A model generated the notes under the pieces. That model was given only the letters and a program-made list of their open reading frames with translations. It had not been told where the DNA came from and searched no databases. Shown piece by piece: positions 1 through 8,893 of a stretch of 64,000 bases of DNA. Position 1 is the first letter of the stretch; each line of letters starts with the position of its first letter. Made by a program: the position numbers and the translations under genes. The DNA lies in contig JAIPGM010000002.1 in the NCBI GenBank assembly GCA_021735655.1, positions 258,747-322,746 of the forward strand, given 5' to 3'. This stretch comes from Candidatus Omnitrophota bacterium (GTDB taxonomy: Bacteria; Omnitrophota; Gorgyraeia; Duberdicusellales; 4484-171).

Positions 1-248
1 TATTTATCCATATTAACCGGAAGAAAAACGCCCTGAGGACATTTCTTGTAGGCCAAGGATATCGGCAAGCTTGAATATATCCCAAATTTCCGAGCCTCAT
101 AAGAACAAGTTGAAACCACCCCCCTACCATTTCCTTTTTTGGGGTCAGCACCAATAATTATTGGTTTACCAGCTAAATTCGGATTATCGCGCTGCTCAAC
201 AGCAGCGAAAAAGGCATCCATATCTACATGCAGGATGTACTTTAGCAT
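1..248 (-). CDS. dinB: DNA polymerase IV (DinB), N-terminal fragment running off the window edge
   Basis: Minus-strand ATG at 248. Translation [57 protein letters not shown] carries the Y-family polymerase signature (DMDAFFA.VE, S.CSYEAR.FG). Not in the ORF track because it is truncated. Confidence 0.8.
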   Translation of the reverse strand, partial: MLKYILHVDMDAFFAAVEQRDNPNLAGKPIIIGADPKKGNGRGVVSTCSYEARKFGIYSSLPISLAYKKCPQGVFLPVNMDK

Positions 249-373
249 AATTTTGGGTTTATTTGGCCTATTTGAAGCCTATCGGTTTTAAATGCCCTAA
301 TTATATATATTATTGATATTGTCCAAAATAGAGCTATTTTTGAGCTAAATAGGGGCATTCTAGGGGGCACTTT

Positions 374-1612
374 TTAGGGCATCTTACGAATAGCTTCGAC
401 CCGTTTCAATACCGGCGGATGACTATAATCCAAAAATACCTTTAATCGATGCGGGCTTAAATTAGAAAGATTGTTTACAGTGAGCTTTTTAAGCGCCGAG
501 ATAAAGGCCTCCGGATTTTGATAGGTCCTTACCGCATAGCGATCAGCTTCATATTCATGTTTTCGCGAAAGCAAATTACCGAATATTGAAAAAATAAAAC
601 TAATTGGTGTATAAAGGAAGCTAAAGAATATAAGCCCAGCGTAAACTGATATTTCATCCATTCTAAAAGCATTGAATAGCCCAGGATTTTTTATAAAAAA
701 TGAAAGCAGGTAAAACATCAGACCTTTAGTTAATGCTGAGAGTAAAAGACGTTTTATAATATGTTTCTTTTTATAGTGGCCAACTTCATGTGCTAAAACA
801 GAAACAATTTCTTCAGTAGTGTGTTTTTGAATTAAAGTGTCAAATAAAGCAATCCGACGAGATTTGCCTAAACCAGTAAAAAAAGCGTTAGACTTACTTG
901 ACCGACGCGACCCATCAATTTTAAAAATACCCTTTATCTTGAACTTTTGCGAATTAGCATAATCGCTAACCGCCTTTTTAAGCTCCCCATCTTCTAAGGG
1001 GGTAAATTTGTTAAAAAGCGGTAAAATTAACACCGGAGCAATAAAAATAAAAAAAGTACTTAAGAGAACCGTAGCCAACCAACACCAAAGCCAAGCTCCC
1101 TGATCGCTAAACTCGACAAAAAGACGTACAATTAAATAGAAAGCCGGACCGGCAATAATTACCAACAATATCCAGTTTTTAATTAGATCAGTAATAAAAG
1201 TTTTTACGGTAGTTTTATTGAATCCATACTTCTCTTCAATAACAAAGGTCTGATAAATAGAAAAAGGTATCTCAATAATTTGAAGTCCGAAAACAATAAT
1301 TCCGGCAAAAATTAAACCGCTAAACTCAATATTTGAGCTCAAATCTCGGGAGATTCGGTCAACTAAATTGAATCCTCCGCTTAGAATAAAAATGATAACA
1401 ACTGTCGTAAAGACGGTTTTTTGAATAAGACTAAAGTAAGTATTTTCTTTAAGGTATTTTTGCGAACGACTATAGTCCTCAGGATTATAATAACCTTCAA
1501 ATTCTGCAGGTAGACTAAAACCAACTGAGGAAATATTTAACATCTCTACGGTCACCCGCAAGACATACTCGCCGATTAAAATAGCTAAAATAATAACTAA
1601 ATAAGGATTCAT
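374..1612 (-). CDS. M48 family zinc metalloprotease, Ste24/CAAX-protease-like, polytopic membrane protein
   Basis: 412 aa with multiple hydrophobic helices. HEVGH zinc motif (LAHEVGHYKKKH) and a downstream EYEADRYA glutamate, which is the typical Ste24-like M48 architecture. Confidence 0.85.
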   Translation of the reverse strand: MNPYLVIILAILIGEYVLRVTVEMLNISSVGFSLPAEFEGYYNPEDYSRSQKYLKENTYFSLIQKTVFTTVVIIFILSGGFNLVDRISRDLSSNIEFSGLIFAGIIVFGLQIIEIPFSIYQTFVIEEKYGFNKTTVKTFITDLIKNWILLVIIAGPAFYLIVRLFVEFSDQGAWLWCWLATVLLSTFFIFIAPVLILPLFNKFTPLEDGELKKAVSDYANSQKFKIKGIFKIDGSRRSSKSNAFFTGLGKSRRIALFDTLIQKHTTEEIVSVLAHEVGHYKKKHIIKRLLLSALTKGLMFYLLSFFIKNPGLFNAFRMDEISVYAGLIFFSFLYTPISFIFSIFGNLLSRKHEYEADRYAVRTYQNPEAFISALKKLTVNNLSNLSPHRLKVFLDYSHPPVLKRVEAIRKMP

Positions 1613-1650
1613 AAAACTATTTATTTTTTGAAGTTGAAACTGACAAGATT

Positions 1651-1840
1651 AAAAAAACCGACAAGGGCTTCACGGTGTGTCTACCGGCAACTCAGCCACC
1701 ATCATAGTCTAAGGCTCATACTCGCAAAGTTGGGGAGCGTTGCGTTTTAGGAGAGCTTGCGAATCATCTCGCCCAAGAACTATCTTAGGTCTGTCAGTTT
1801 TGCGCCCCTTACTTTCGTAAGGTTTGCCCTTATCGGCACC
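1651..1840 (-). promoter_or_regulatory. c-di-GMP-I (GEMM-I)-like riboswitch/leader RNA ending in a U7 tract
   Basis: Minus-strand RNA GCCGAUAAGGGCAAACCUUACGAAAGUAAGGGGCGCAAAACUGACAGACCUAAG... matches the remembered Vc2 aptamer core. The match covers GGGC-AAA, a 6-bp stem capped by a GAAA tetraloop, the G.CGCAAA junction and the CCUAAG receptor half. The 3' end GCCCUUGUCGG+U7 (1668..1651) pairs with the 5' CCGAUAAGGGC (1836..1826). Confidence 0.55.
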
Positions 1841-1843
1841 TTA

Positions 1844-1873
1844 ATTATACAATATTTTTGGTGCTAATTTCAA
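1844..1873 (-). promoter_or_regulatory. Sigma-70-type promoter for the GEMM-like leader
   Basis: Minus strand reads TTGAAA (1873..1868), an 18 nt spacer, then TATAAT (1849..1844). The predicted +1 near 1837 is the first base of the leader helix. Confidence 0.45.
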
Positions 1874-1903
1874 CCCAATATTCAGAATATATATACAATA
1901 TCG

Positions 1904-2962
1904 TTACTTTGTCAGATGAACAGTCTGAGTAGGAAAAGCAAATTCAATCTTTTTCTTCTCAAATTCACCCTTAATGCCCAGGTTTATCTCTTGTTGAATA
2001 TCCATATATTTATTATAATCACTGCTAAGCACGTAATAGACTACCTCAAAAATAAGATTAAACTCACCATAAGAAAAGAAATGAGCTCGATCCAAAGTGG
2101 CACCCTCAACACCTTCAATTATCTCCCCAATAATCTTAGGTATTTCTTTTAACTTAGAAAGAGATGTGTCATAAGTAGTACCCAGCTGAAACATCACTCT
2201 TCGTTTCTGCATTCGCTTATAATTACGTAAGCGAGAATCCGTCAAATCAGAGTTAGAAAAAACTAGCTGTTCGCCGCCTAAACTGCGAATTCGAGTAGTT
2301 TTAATTCCAATGTTTTCTACTGTTCCCAAAAGATCGCCAACAATAACAAAATCGCCAACTTCAAAGGGACGGTCAAAAATAATTGAAAAATAACTAAATA
2401 AATCCTTTAGAACTGCTTGGGCAGCCAAAGCAATGGCTACACCACCAATACCCAACCCGGCAATAACCGTTGATATTTTAAAACCTAAGTTGTCTAAATA
2501 GAAAATAATAGCCAGGGCCCAAATAATAAACTTAGTAACCCTCAAAACACCCTCTAGACTATTCTTTAAAGTTTCACTGCGCCTAGACTTTCGCCAATAA
2601 ACATCTAAACTATAGGTAATTATACGAATCAATAAACGGACCGTAAAAAAAGTTATTAGCGCCATCACTAGAACGCCTAGGCCGCGATTAACCTGTTCAC
2701 TTAAGGTCAAGGTTTTAAGACTTAAGTAGAAGGCCGCAAGGTAAAAAATCGGAATAGCTATTTTCTCAATAATTTCAGCTAAGAAATCATCAATACTAGT
2801 AAGCGTCTTTGCAGCTAAACTTCTGAGTTTTTTTAAAATGATGAGCTCGAATATCTTTATTACAACACAAGCTAACAGGAATGCACCAATATGAACAATA
2901 TAATCCTGTAATGAGTTGCCAAGTATAATGTACTCTGAAAATTCTTGCATAGTTACCCCCAA
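1904..2962 (-). CDS. Mechanosensitive ion channel family protein (MscS-like)
   Basis: 352 aa. N-terminal TM helices followed by the MscS beta-domain signature (GDFVIVGDLLGTVENIGIKTTRIRSLGGEQLVFSNSDL). Confidence 0.85.
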   Translation of the reverse strand: MGVTMQEFSEYIILGNSLQDYIVHIGAFLLACVVIKIFELIILKKLRSLAAKTLTSIDDFLAEIIEKIAIPIFYLAAFYLSLKTLTLSEQVNRGLGVLVMALITFFTVRLLIRIITYSLDVYWRKSRRSETLKNSLEGVLRVTKFIIWALAIIFYLDNLGFKISTVIAGLGIGGVAIALAAQAVLKDLFSYFSIIFDRPFEVGDFVIVGDLLGTVENIGIKTTRIRSLGGEQLVFSNSDLTDSRLRNYKRMQKRRVMFQLGTTYDTSLSKLKEIPKIIGEIIEGVEGATLDRAHFFSYGEFNLIFEVVYYVLSSDYNKYMDIQQEINLGIKGEFEKKKIEFAFPTQTVHLTK

Positions 2963-2981
2963 AAAAATATCAGTTAAACTG

Positions 2982-4175
2982 TTAATTTTCCGAAATCGAA
3001 TACCGAACTTTAGATTTTTGTATTTCCAAAGTGCTAGCCAGTTCGGTTTCAGTTACAAACCCGAGTTCTTTTAAAATTTCTCCAAGCATAATTCCTCTTT
3101 TCCAATGAATTAAAAGAGCTTCATCGAGCTGATTTTGAGAAATTGCCTTTCGTTCAATTAATATCTGACCTAAAGGTTTATCATTGGTTGTCTTTCGATG
3201 ATAGATTTCCGGTGTTGCGTCTTTATTTGTTTTGGTGTCACGACGATCAACCATAAATTTGCTCTCAGGGATAGTTTTGAGGTAACGCTTTATTTCGGTA
3301 ACTTTTTCATTAAGCTGAATCATATTTTCGATACCAGAAGTGTACTCTCGATTGACTACGGCAATCGAAATTGTCATCAAAGGTGTATTTGTTAATTTAC
3401 GAGTTCGATCGCGATTAACCACAAAACCTTGGTTGCGATCTATTTCAGAGTAATGAAAAGGAATAATCGTATCGAAACTTTTAATAAAATTGTGGCATAT
3501 TTGTGCGTATTTATCCATGGTGCTGATAAAAACAAAATCATCTCCTCCAATATGACCGATAAAATCATCAGAATTTCCGAATTTTTTTACCGCGTCAATT
3601 AACAAGTGAGTTGTATGAAGAATTACTCCGTCACCTTTACGGTAGCCATAGACATCATTGAAAGATTTAAAATTATCAATATCTAAATAAGCAAATGAAA
3701 ATGGTTTTCCAGTTTTAAACTTTTCATTTAAGGCATCCTCAAATATTTTAGCACCAGGAAGACCAGTTAAGGAACTCGCATAAATACTGTGTTGGGCGCG
3801 TCTTGCAGCCATTTCAATTCGAATACGTAAATCAAGCGGGTCTGGTGGTTTTATCAAATAATCATCGACTCCTTGCTTTAGACTTAATAATTGAGCGCGT
3901 AATTGCCGCTTATTGATTAAAGTTATGACCGGAGTAAAAGCAGTGGCAAAATTTTCTTTTAAAAGCCGACACATGGCTAATTGTTCTTTACGGGCTGATT
4001 GAATATCAATGACTATGACATCAGGGGAAATTCTTTTTATTTTTTCGATATCTTGCGGTTGAGTAAATTCACGTAGGAAAACTTCGTATCCCCAACCGTC
4101 AAAACAAAAGCGCAGAACCTCTTTTAATTGACTATCCGAAGAGATAATTAAAATTTTATGTATAGTATCAATCAT
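2982..4175 (-). CDS. Response regulator receiver - GGDEF-type diguanylate cyclase (GGDDF variant) - C-terminal MshEN-like domain
   Basis: REC domain (ILIISSD...DVIVIDI...PVITLI...DDYLIKP). GGDEF domain (LTGLPG, YLDIDNFKSFNDVYGYRKGDGVI, IGGDDFVF). C-terminal tandem LGxxLxxxxxxxxxxLxxAL motifs (PLGQILIERKAISQNQLDEALLIH / MLGEILKELGFVTETELASTLEIQ) as in T2SSE_N/MshEN c-di-GMP-binding domains. Confidence 0.85.
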   Translation of the reverse strand: MIDTIHKILIISSDSQLKEVLRFCFDGWGYEVFLREFTQPQDIEKIKRISPDVIVIDIQSARKEQLAMCRLLKENFATAFTPVITLINKRQLRAQLLSLKQGVDDYLIKPPDPLDLRIRIEMAARRAQHSIYASSLTGLPGAKIFEDALNEKFKTGKPFSFAYLDIDNFKSFNDVYGYRKGDGVILHTTHLLIDAVKKFGNSDDFIGHIGGDDFVFISTMDKYAQICHNFIKSFDTIIPFHYSEIDRNQGFVVNRDRTRKLTNTPLMTISIAVVNREYTSGIENMIQLNEKVTEIKRYLKTIPESKFMVDRRDTKTNKDATPEIYHRKTTNDKPLGQILIERKAISQNQLDEALLIHWKRGIMLGEILKELGFVTETELASTLEIQKSKVRYSISEN

Positions 4176-4183
4176 TTAAACTA

Positions 4184-7100
4184 TTATACCACTTTCTTCT
4201 GTTCCTCAATTATTTTTTGGGCTATTTCCTTTGGTACCTGGGTGTACTTTTTAAAATGCATTGAGCAACTTGCCCGGCCACTAGATAAAGACCTAAGATT
4301 GGTTACGTAACCAAACATTTCCGAAAGTGGAGCCTCAGCCGAAATTAGCTTTTGGTTACCTTTTGAATCCATACCTAAAATTTTCCCCCGACGCGCACAA
4401 AGATAACCAACAATACCACTAGTATGCTCTTCTGGAGTAAGTACTTCCAAGCTCATGCAAGGCTCAAGAAGAACCGGACTCGCTTTTAAAAAAGCGTTTT
4501 TAAAGCAAGTTCTTGCAGCAATTTTAAACGCTAACTCTGAAGAATCAACTTCATGGTATGAACCATCAACGAGCTTTACCTTAACATCGACCACCGGATA
4601 ACCGGCATAAGAACCTTTTTTCATTGCTTCAATAATACCTTTCTCAACTGCCGGTATATAGTTTTTAGGTATTGCTCCACCTTTAATGCTATCTTTAAAT
4701 TCAAAACCAGCAGCTTCTTCATTAGGAGAAAGCTCAATCGCTACGTGGCCGTATTGGCCTCTGCCTCCGCTTTGCTTAGCATGTTTATACTCTTCGCTAG
4801 TAGACTGAAGGATTGTTTCTTTATAGGCAACTTTAGGCTGACCGGCCTGCGCTGAAACCTTAAATTCTTCCTTCAAACGTTCAACGATTATTTCAAGATG
4901 TAATTCTCCCATACCAGAAAGAATTGTTTCAGAGGTTTCCTCGTCGGTATGAGCGTTAAAAGTGGGGTCTTCTTCTGCTAGTTTAGCTAAACCCTTGGCC
5001 ATCCTATCCTGATCGGAACGACTCTCCGGTTTTATGCTGATTGAAACGACTGGCTCAGAAAATTCAATTGACTCAAGTAATATTGGATTTTGAATGTCAG
5101 AGAGTGTATCGCCGGTTAAAGTGGAACTGAGACCGACAATTGCCGCAATATCACCGGCAAACACTGCGTCAACATTTTCTCGTTGGTTAGCATGCATTCG
5201 AACAATTCTCCCGATACGCTCTTTTTTATTTTTAGTTGCATTTAAAACATAAGTTCCGGCCCTTAAGCATCCCGAATAGATTCGAGCATAGATCAATTTA
5301 CCTACATGCTGGTCAGCTTGGACCTTAAAAGCAAGCGCTGAAAAAAATTCATCATCTTGAGGCTTACGTTCCAAGCTTTTTTCTTTATCATCGGGGTCAG
5401 AACCAATAACTGGCGGAATTTCAGCCGGAGAAGGTAGATAGGCAACAACTGCATCAAGCAAGTCTTGAACACCCTTATTTTTTAATGCTGACCCGCAAAA
5501 AACCGGAACAATCTTATTTGAAACTGTAGCTTTGCGCAAAGCCTCAGTCAGATCGTCTTTGCTGATTGACTCCTCTGACTGTAAGTATTTTTCCATTAAT
5601 TTACCATCATAAGAGGCTACCCGATCAACCAAACTATGGCGGTATCTTTGAGCGATTTCTTTATAGCTTTCATGAATATCTTCCGACCTAATATCTTTGC
5701 CTAAGGATTCGTCATTATAAAGATGCATTTTCATATTAATAAGATCAATTATGCCTTTAAAGTCACCTTCCTTACCGATCGGTATCTGTAAGGCAACTGG
5801 TTTAGCCCCAATAGTATTTTCGATCTCTTCTAAAACCTTAAAAAAATCAGCCCCGACCCGATCCATTTTATTTATAAAGGCTATCTTCGGTACATGATAT
5901 TTATCCGATTGGCGCCATACGGTTTCAGTTTGAGACTCTACTCCTCCCACCGCACAAAATACAGCAACTGCCCCATCTAGGACCCTTAACGATCTTTCAA
6001 CTTCAGCGGTAAAATCAACGTGGCCGGGGGTATCAATAATAGTAATTTGGCAATCTTTCCAACTACAAGTGGTTGCAGCTGAAGTTATAGTTATACCTCT
6101 TTCCTGTTCTTGTTTCATCCAATCCATCTGAGCTGCCCCGTCATGAACTTCGCCGATTTTGTGCGACCGGCCGGTATAGAAAAGAACTCTTTCAGTAAGA
6201 GTAGTTTTCCCAGCATCAATATGGGCCATAATCCCAATATTACGGATCTTGCCCAGTTCTATTTTTCTCTCCGGCAGTGGCTCCTCTACTTTTTTTACTG
6301 CTTCAGGCTTAGGCTCGGCTTGTATTTCTGGTTCTTGAGCCGATAGCTCCGGAGTCACTTCTTCACTTGCGGTTTCAGGTTGCCCTTGGGTCAAATCTTT
6401 AGTTTCACCTTCCTGCCCTTGGATTAAAGATTCGTCTTCCTTTAGCGATTCTTTATCTGAAGGTAACTCTTCAAATTCCTTAGTTTCTGAAATAGGTTCA
6501 CTTGGCTGCGCCTGAACTAACTCATTCTCAAGATTGGAAGATTCTTTTTGAGAATCACCGTCCTCAATTAAAAGAATATCTGCTAACTCATCGTCCTTAA
6601 TAACGCCGCTTCGTTTAATCTCGCGTAATTTATTAAGAATACGAATCCGCTCCTGATCAATTTTTTCGATATCTTTACCTTTTAGCTCCAACTCCTTAGA
6701 TTTAATCTCTAACTCATTTTTTAATTCTTCACTTTGTTCTTCTAAAAGAGAGTACTCTTCTTTAGATACCCATTCGCTTTGACGTTGTTTTTCTTTCATT
6801 TGAGCAACTTCAGCAGCATGTGCGACAGTTTCTTTAGATAGCTGGTGCATTCTTTGAGTCTGATCTTTTAGCTCACTTTCCAAAGAAATAATCTTATCTT
6901 TCAATTGATTGATATTGACTTCACGAATTTTGATTACTTCTTCAGCTTGATCAAGTTCTTTTTTAAACTGCACACTCCGGGAAAACTCTTTCTCTAAATC
7001 CTTTTCCTTAGTAATCAATTTAACTCTCAAAGCCTCATAGGGACCTTTTCCTTTTTTCAAAGTAAGCTGCTGACTATTAAGCCATTTTTTATTGCGGTTA

Positions 7101-7393
7101 ATTTCCTCGCCCAATTCTTTAGCCTTGAGGCTAAGCTTTTGATGCTCATCTTGCAAGCTGAGATACTCAGCCTGAGTTTTTGTTAAGGCGACAATTTCAT
7201 TTTTTAATTTTGTTAGTTCCCTTTTTGAAGATTTAAGGTTTTCTGACAAGGCAGAAATTTTTTGTTGTTGCAAGTCAGGCTTAAGGCCAAACTTTGTACC
7301 CAGAGTACCTTTTAAAACTGAATCATCTTCGTTGTTAACTAAATACAGTACTAGGGCAATCGATACTCCAATTACAACAAAAATTAAAGTCAT
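4184..7393 (-). CDS. Elongation factor G paralog fused to an N-terminal TM anchor, coiled coil and acidic linker (1069 aa)
   Basis: Residues ~375-1069 are a complete EF-G ([31 protein letters not shown], domain [12 protein letters not shown]). Residues 1-21 are hydrophobic ([21 protein letters not shown]). Residues ~40-265 are heptad-like and K/E/L/Q-rich. Residues ~270-375 are an E/P/Q-rich linker. It is one uninterrupted ORF. Confidence 0.9.
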   Translation of the reverse strand: MTLIFVVIGVSIALVLYLVNNEDDSVLKGTLGTKFGLKPDLQQQKISALSENLKSSKRELTKLKNEIVALTKTQAEYLSLQDEHQKLSLKAKELGEEINRNKKWLNSQQLTLKKGKGPYEALRVKLITKEKDLEKEFSRSVQFKKELDQAEEVIKIREVNINQLKDKIISLESELKDQTQRMHQLSKETVAHAAEVAQMKEKQRQSEWVSKEEYSLLEEQSEELKNELEIKSKELELKGKDIEKIDQERIRILNKLREIKRSGVIKDDELADILLIEDGDSQKESSNLENELVQAQPSEPISETKEFEELPSDKESLKEDESLIQGQEGETKDLTQGQPETASEEVTPELSAQEPEIQAEPKPEAVKKVEEPLPERKIELGKIRNIGIMAHIDAGKTTLTERVLFYTGRSHKIGEVHDGAAQMDWMKQEQERGITITSAATTCSWKDCQITIIDTPGHVDFTAEVERSLRVLDGAVAVFCAVGGVESQTETVWRQSDKYHVPKIAFINKMDRVGADFFKVLEEIENTIGAKPVALQIPIGKEGDFKGIIDLINMKMHLYNDESLGKDIRSEDIHESYKEIAQRYRHSLVDRVASYDGKLMEKYLQSEESISKDDLTEALRKATVSNKIVPVFCGSALKNKGVQDLLDAVVAYLPSPAEIPPVIGSDPDDKEKSLERKPQDDEFFSALAFKVQADQHVGKLIYARIYSGCLRAGTYVLNATKNKKERIGRIVRMHANQRENVDAVFAGDIAAIVGLSSTLTGDTLSDIQNPILLESIEFSEPVVSISIKPESRSDQDRMAKGLAKLAEEDPTFNAHTDEETSETILSGMGELHLEIIVERLKEEFKVSAQAGQPKVAYKETILQSTSEEYKHAKQSGGRGQYGHVAIELSPNEEAAGFEFKDSIKGGAIPKNYIPAVEKGIIEAMKKGSYAGYPVVDVKVKLVDGSYHEVDSSELAFKIAARTCFKNAFLKASPVLLEPCMSLEVLTPEEHTSGIVGYLCARRGKILGMDSKGNQKLISAEAPLSEMFGYVTNLRSLSSGRASCSMHFKKYTQVPKEIAQKIIEEQKKVV

Positions 7394-7430
7394 ATTAAAA
7401 TTATATCATATCTTTGCTATAAACAAAGAC

Positions 7431-7458
7431 TTGAGAGTTAAAATATGCGTGCTATAAT
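7431..7458 (+). promoter_or_regulatory. Sigma-70-type promoter placing +1 on the yqeY start codon (leaderless candidate)
   Basis: TTGAGA (7431..7436), a 16 nt spacer, then TATAAT (7453..7458). The ATG at 7465 lies 7 nt after the -10 box, with no Shine-Dalgarno sequence in between. Confidence 0.4.
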
Positions 7459-7464
7459 AAGACC

Positions 7465-7911
7465 ATGTTAGAAGAAAAAATTTACCAGGATTTTATAGCT
7501 GCCCGCAAAGCCAAAGAAAAGGTGAGTTCTGACCTTCTCGGTATTATTCGCTCAGAACTCAAAAACAAGGCTATTGATTTAAAAAAAGATAAAGTTGATG
7601 ATACGGAAGGTTTAACAGGACTCAAAAAACAGCAAAAACGCCTCCTTGATACTAAAAAAAGTATTGCTCAGTCACAAAGAAACGATTTGATTGCTAACAC
7701 TAATCAAGAAATCGCCCTTTTAGAAAAATATCTGCCTAAACCGCTTGCTGATGATGAATTGATAAAAATTATCGAAATAGCTATTTCGGATGCTAATGCT
7801 TCCTCAATTAAAGATATGGGTCGAGTAATGAAAGAAGTGATCGCTAAGGTTGGCGTTCGGGCTGATTCGAAAAAAGTTAGCCAAATAGTTAAAGAGAAAC
7901 TTTCAGCTTAA
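7465..7911 (+). CDS. yqeY: GatB/YqeY domain-containing protein
   Basis: 148 aa with the typical YqeY layout (...AARKAK......L..I.SE.KNKAIDL... LEKYLP..L...EL..II...I......S.KDMG.VMK.V..KV...AD.K.VS..VKE.L). Confidence 0.85.
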   Translation: MLEEKIYQDFIAARKAKEKVSSDLLGIIRSELKNKAIDLKKDKVDDTEGLTGLKKQQKRLLDTKKSIAQSQRNDLIANTNQEIALLEKYLPKPLADDELIKIIEIAISDANASSIKDMGRVMKEVIAKVGVRADSKKVSQIVKEKLSA

Positions 7912-7912
7912 T

Positions 7913-8236
7913 TTACCACTCTCCAGACCATTCAACATCGCCACTTTTGCCTATGTCTTGAAAAAGCTCCTGAATGAATTCAATAATTGGATGAGTGTTT
8001 TTTTGAGCGGCCTTTTTAATTAGATTTTCTAAACGTTGAGGTTTTTCTATTTCCTCACTAACTTTATCAAAATTAAAATCAACTTCCTTGTCAAAATAGT
8101 TTTCTAGATCTTTCATGAAAATTTTTGAATTGTAGTTTTGACGATAATCAGCTAACCTAGTTATTTTCTCAGCTCTTTGACGACGAAAAGATTCAAGTCT
8201 AGGATCCTCTTTTTCGGGCCTTTTTGAATCACTCAT
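7913..8236 (-). CDS. Hypothetical acidic protein
   Basis: 107-aa ORF in the co-directional gene array. No motif recognised. Confidence 0.5.
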   Translation of the reverse strand: MSDSKRPEKEDPRLESFRRQRAEKITRLADYRQNYNSKIFMKDLENYFDKEVDFNFDKVSEEIEKPQRLENLIKKAAQKNTHPIIEFIQELFQDIGKSGDVEWSGEW

Positions 8237-8244
8237 CTTAAATT

Positions 8245-8871
8245 TTAAGGGTTAATCTTGTCACGATTCCAAGAATGCCAAGTCCGTTGTTGGTTTTCAA
8301 TTTTCCAAGAACCATCTTTTTGCTTAACAACTGAAAGATAAATCCCGGCTCCAGTAGAGCGATTCCATTGATTAGCGACATGCAAGATAGCACGAGTTCT
8401 TTGACGGTTAAAACCTACCCGAGAAAGAGTTAAAATTCCTCCTGAACTAGGATAACGGTCATAATAACTATCCCAGTGAGGATTATGATCAAAAATATAG
8501 TCAATTTCTTTTTGACTAATAATAATGTAATCGACCCGTTGATTTATAAAGCTCTCTAAAGAATAAGTCCTTACATTCTTGGCCTTAAAATCATTAATAA
8601 TTTCATCTTCTAGGACAGGCATTTGCTGTCTAACGTAGTCTAGCTCAGTTTCAATCGGTCTGCCTAATTGGTAAACGCTGGTATGATCTCGAATCAATAT
8701 CTCTTTATTTTGCTCATTTGAATACCACTCGTCAACCACCGTTGAGTAAATTAAATACTCATCCAGTTCAAAGCCATATTCATTAATACCTAAGGCATTA
8801 CCTTGGGGTAAAATGATTAAGCAGACAATCACTATGAAGATATAGCGCTTGATTTCCATTAAAAATATCAC
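8245..8871 (-). CDS. Hypothetical secreted protein
   Basis: 208-aa ORF with an N-terminal hydrophobic signal-like segment (IFIVIVCLIILPQGNALG). No family recognised. Confidence 0.55.
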   Translation of the reverse strand: MIFLMEIKRYIFIVIVCLIILPQGNALGINEYGFELDEYLIYSTVVDEWYSNEQNKEILIRDHTSVYQLGRPIETELDYVRQQMPVLEDEIINDFKAKNVRTYSLESFINQRVDYIIISQKEIDYIFDHNPHWDSYYDRYPSSGGILTLSRVGFNRQRTRAILHVANQWNRSTGAGIYLSVVKQKDGSWKIENQQRTWHSWNRDKINP

Positions 8872-8893
8872 TAGCTCTAAAGAGGTGAGCTCT

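Noticed and set aside
283-382. The inverted 9-mers ATGCCCTAA / TTAGGGCAT and GGGGCA repeats between the M48 protease stop and the dinB start.
   Set aside because: The arms are about 80 nt apart and one overlaps the last codons of the protease gene. There is no U-tract or recognisable motif. The support is insufficient to call a terminator, operator or ncRNA.
1651-1840. First read as a 6S RNA or SRP RNA, because the 5' and 3' ends of a ~190-nt minus-strand RNA pair with each other and a U-tract follows.
   Set aside because: There is no SRP domain IV motif and no obvious 6S central bubble. The 5' third instead matches the GEMM-I aptamer core almost element for element. The stand-alone sRNA possibility is kept only as an alternative, to be excluded by cmsearch or Northern blot.
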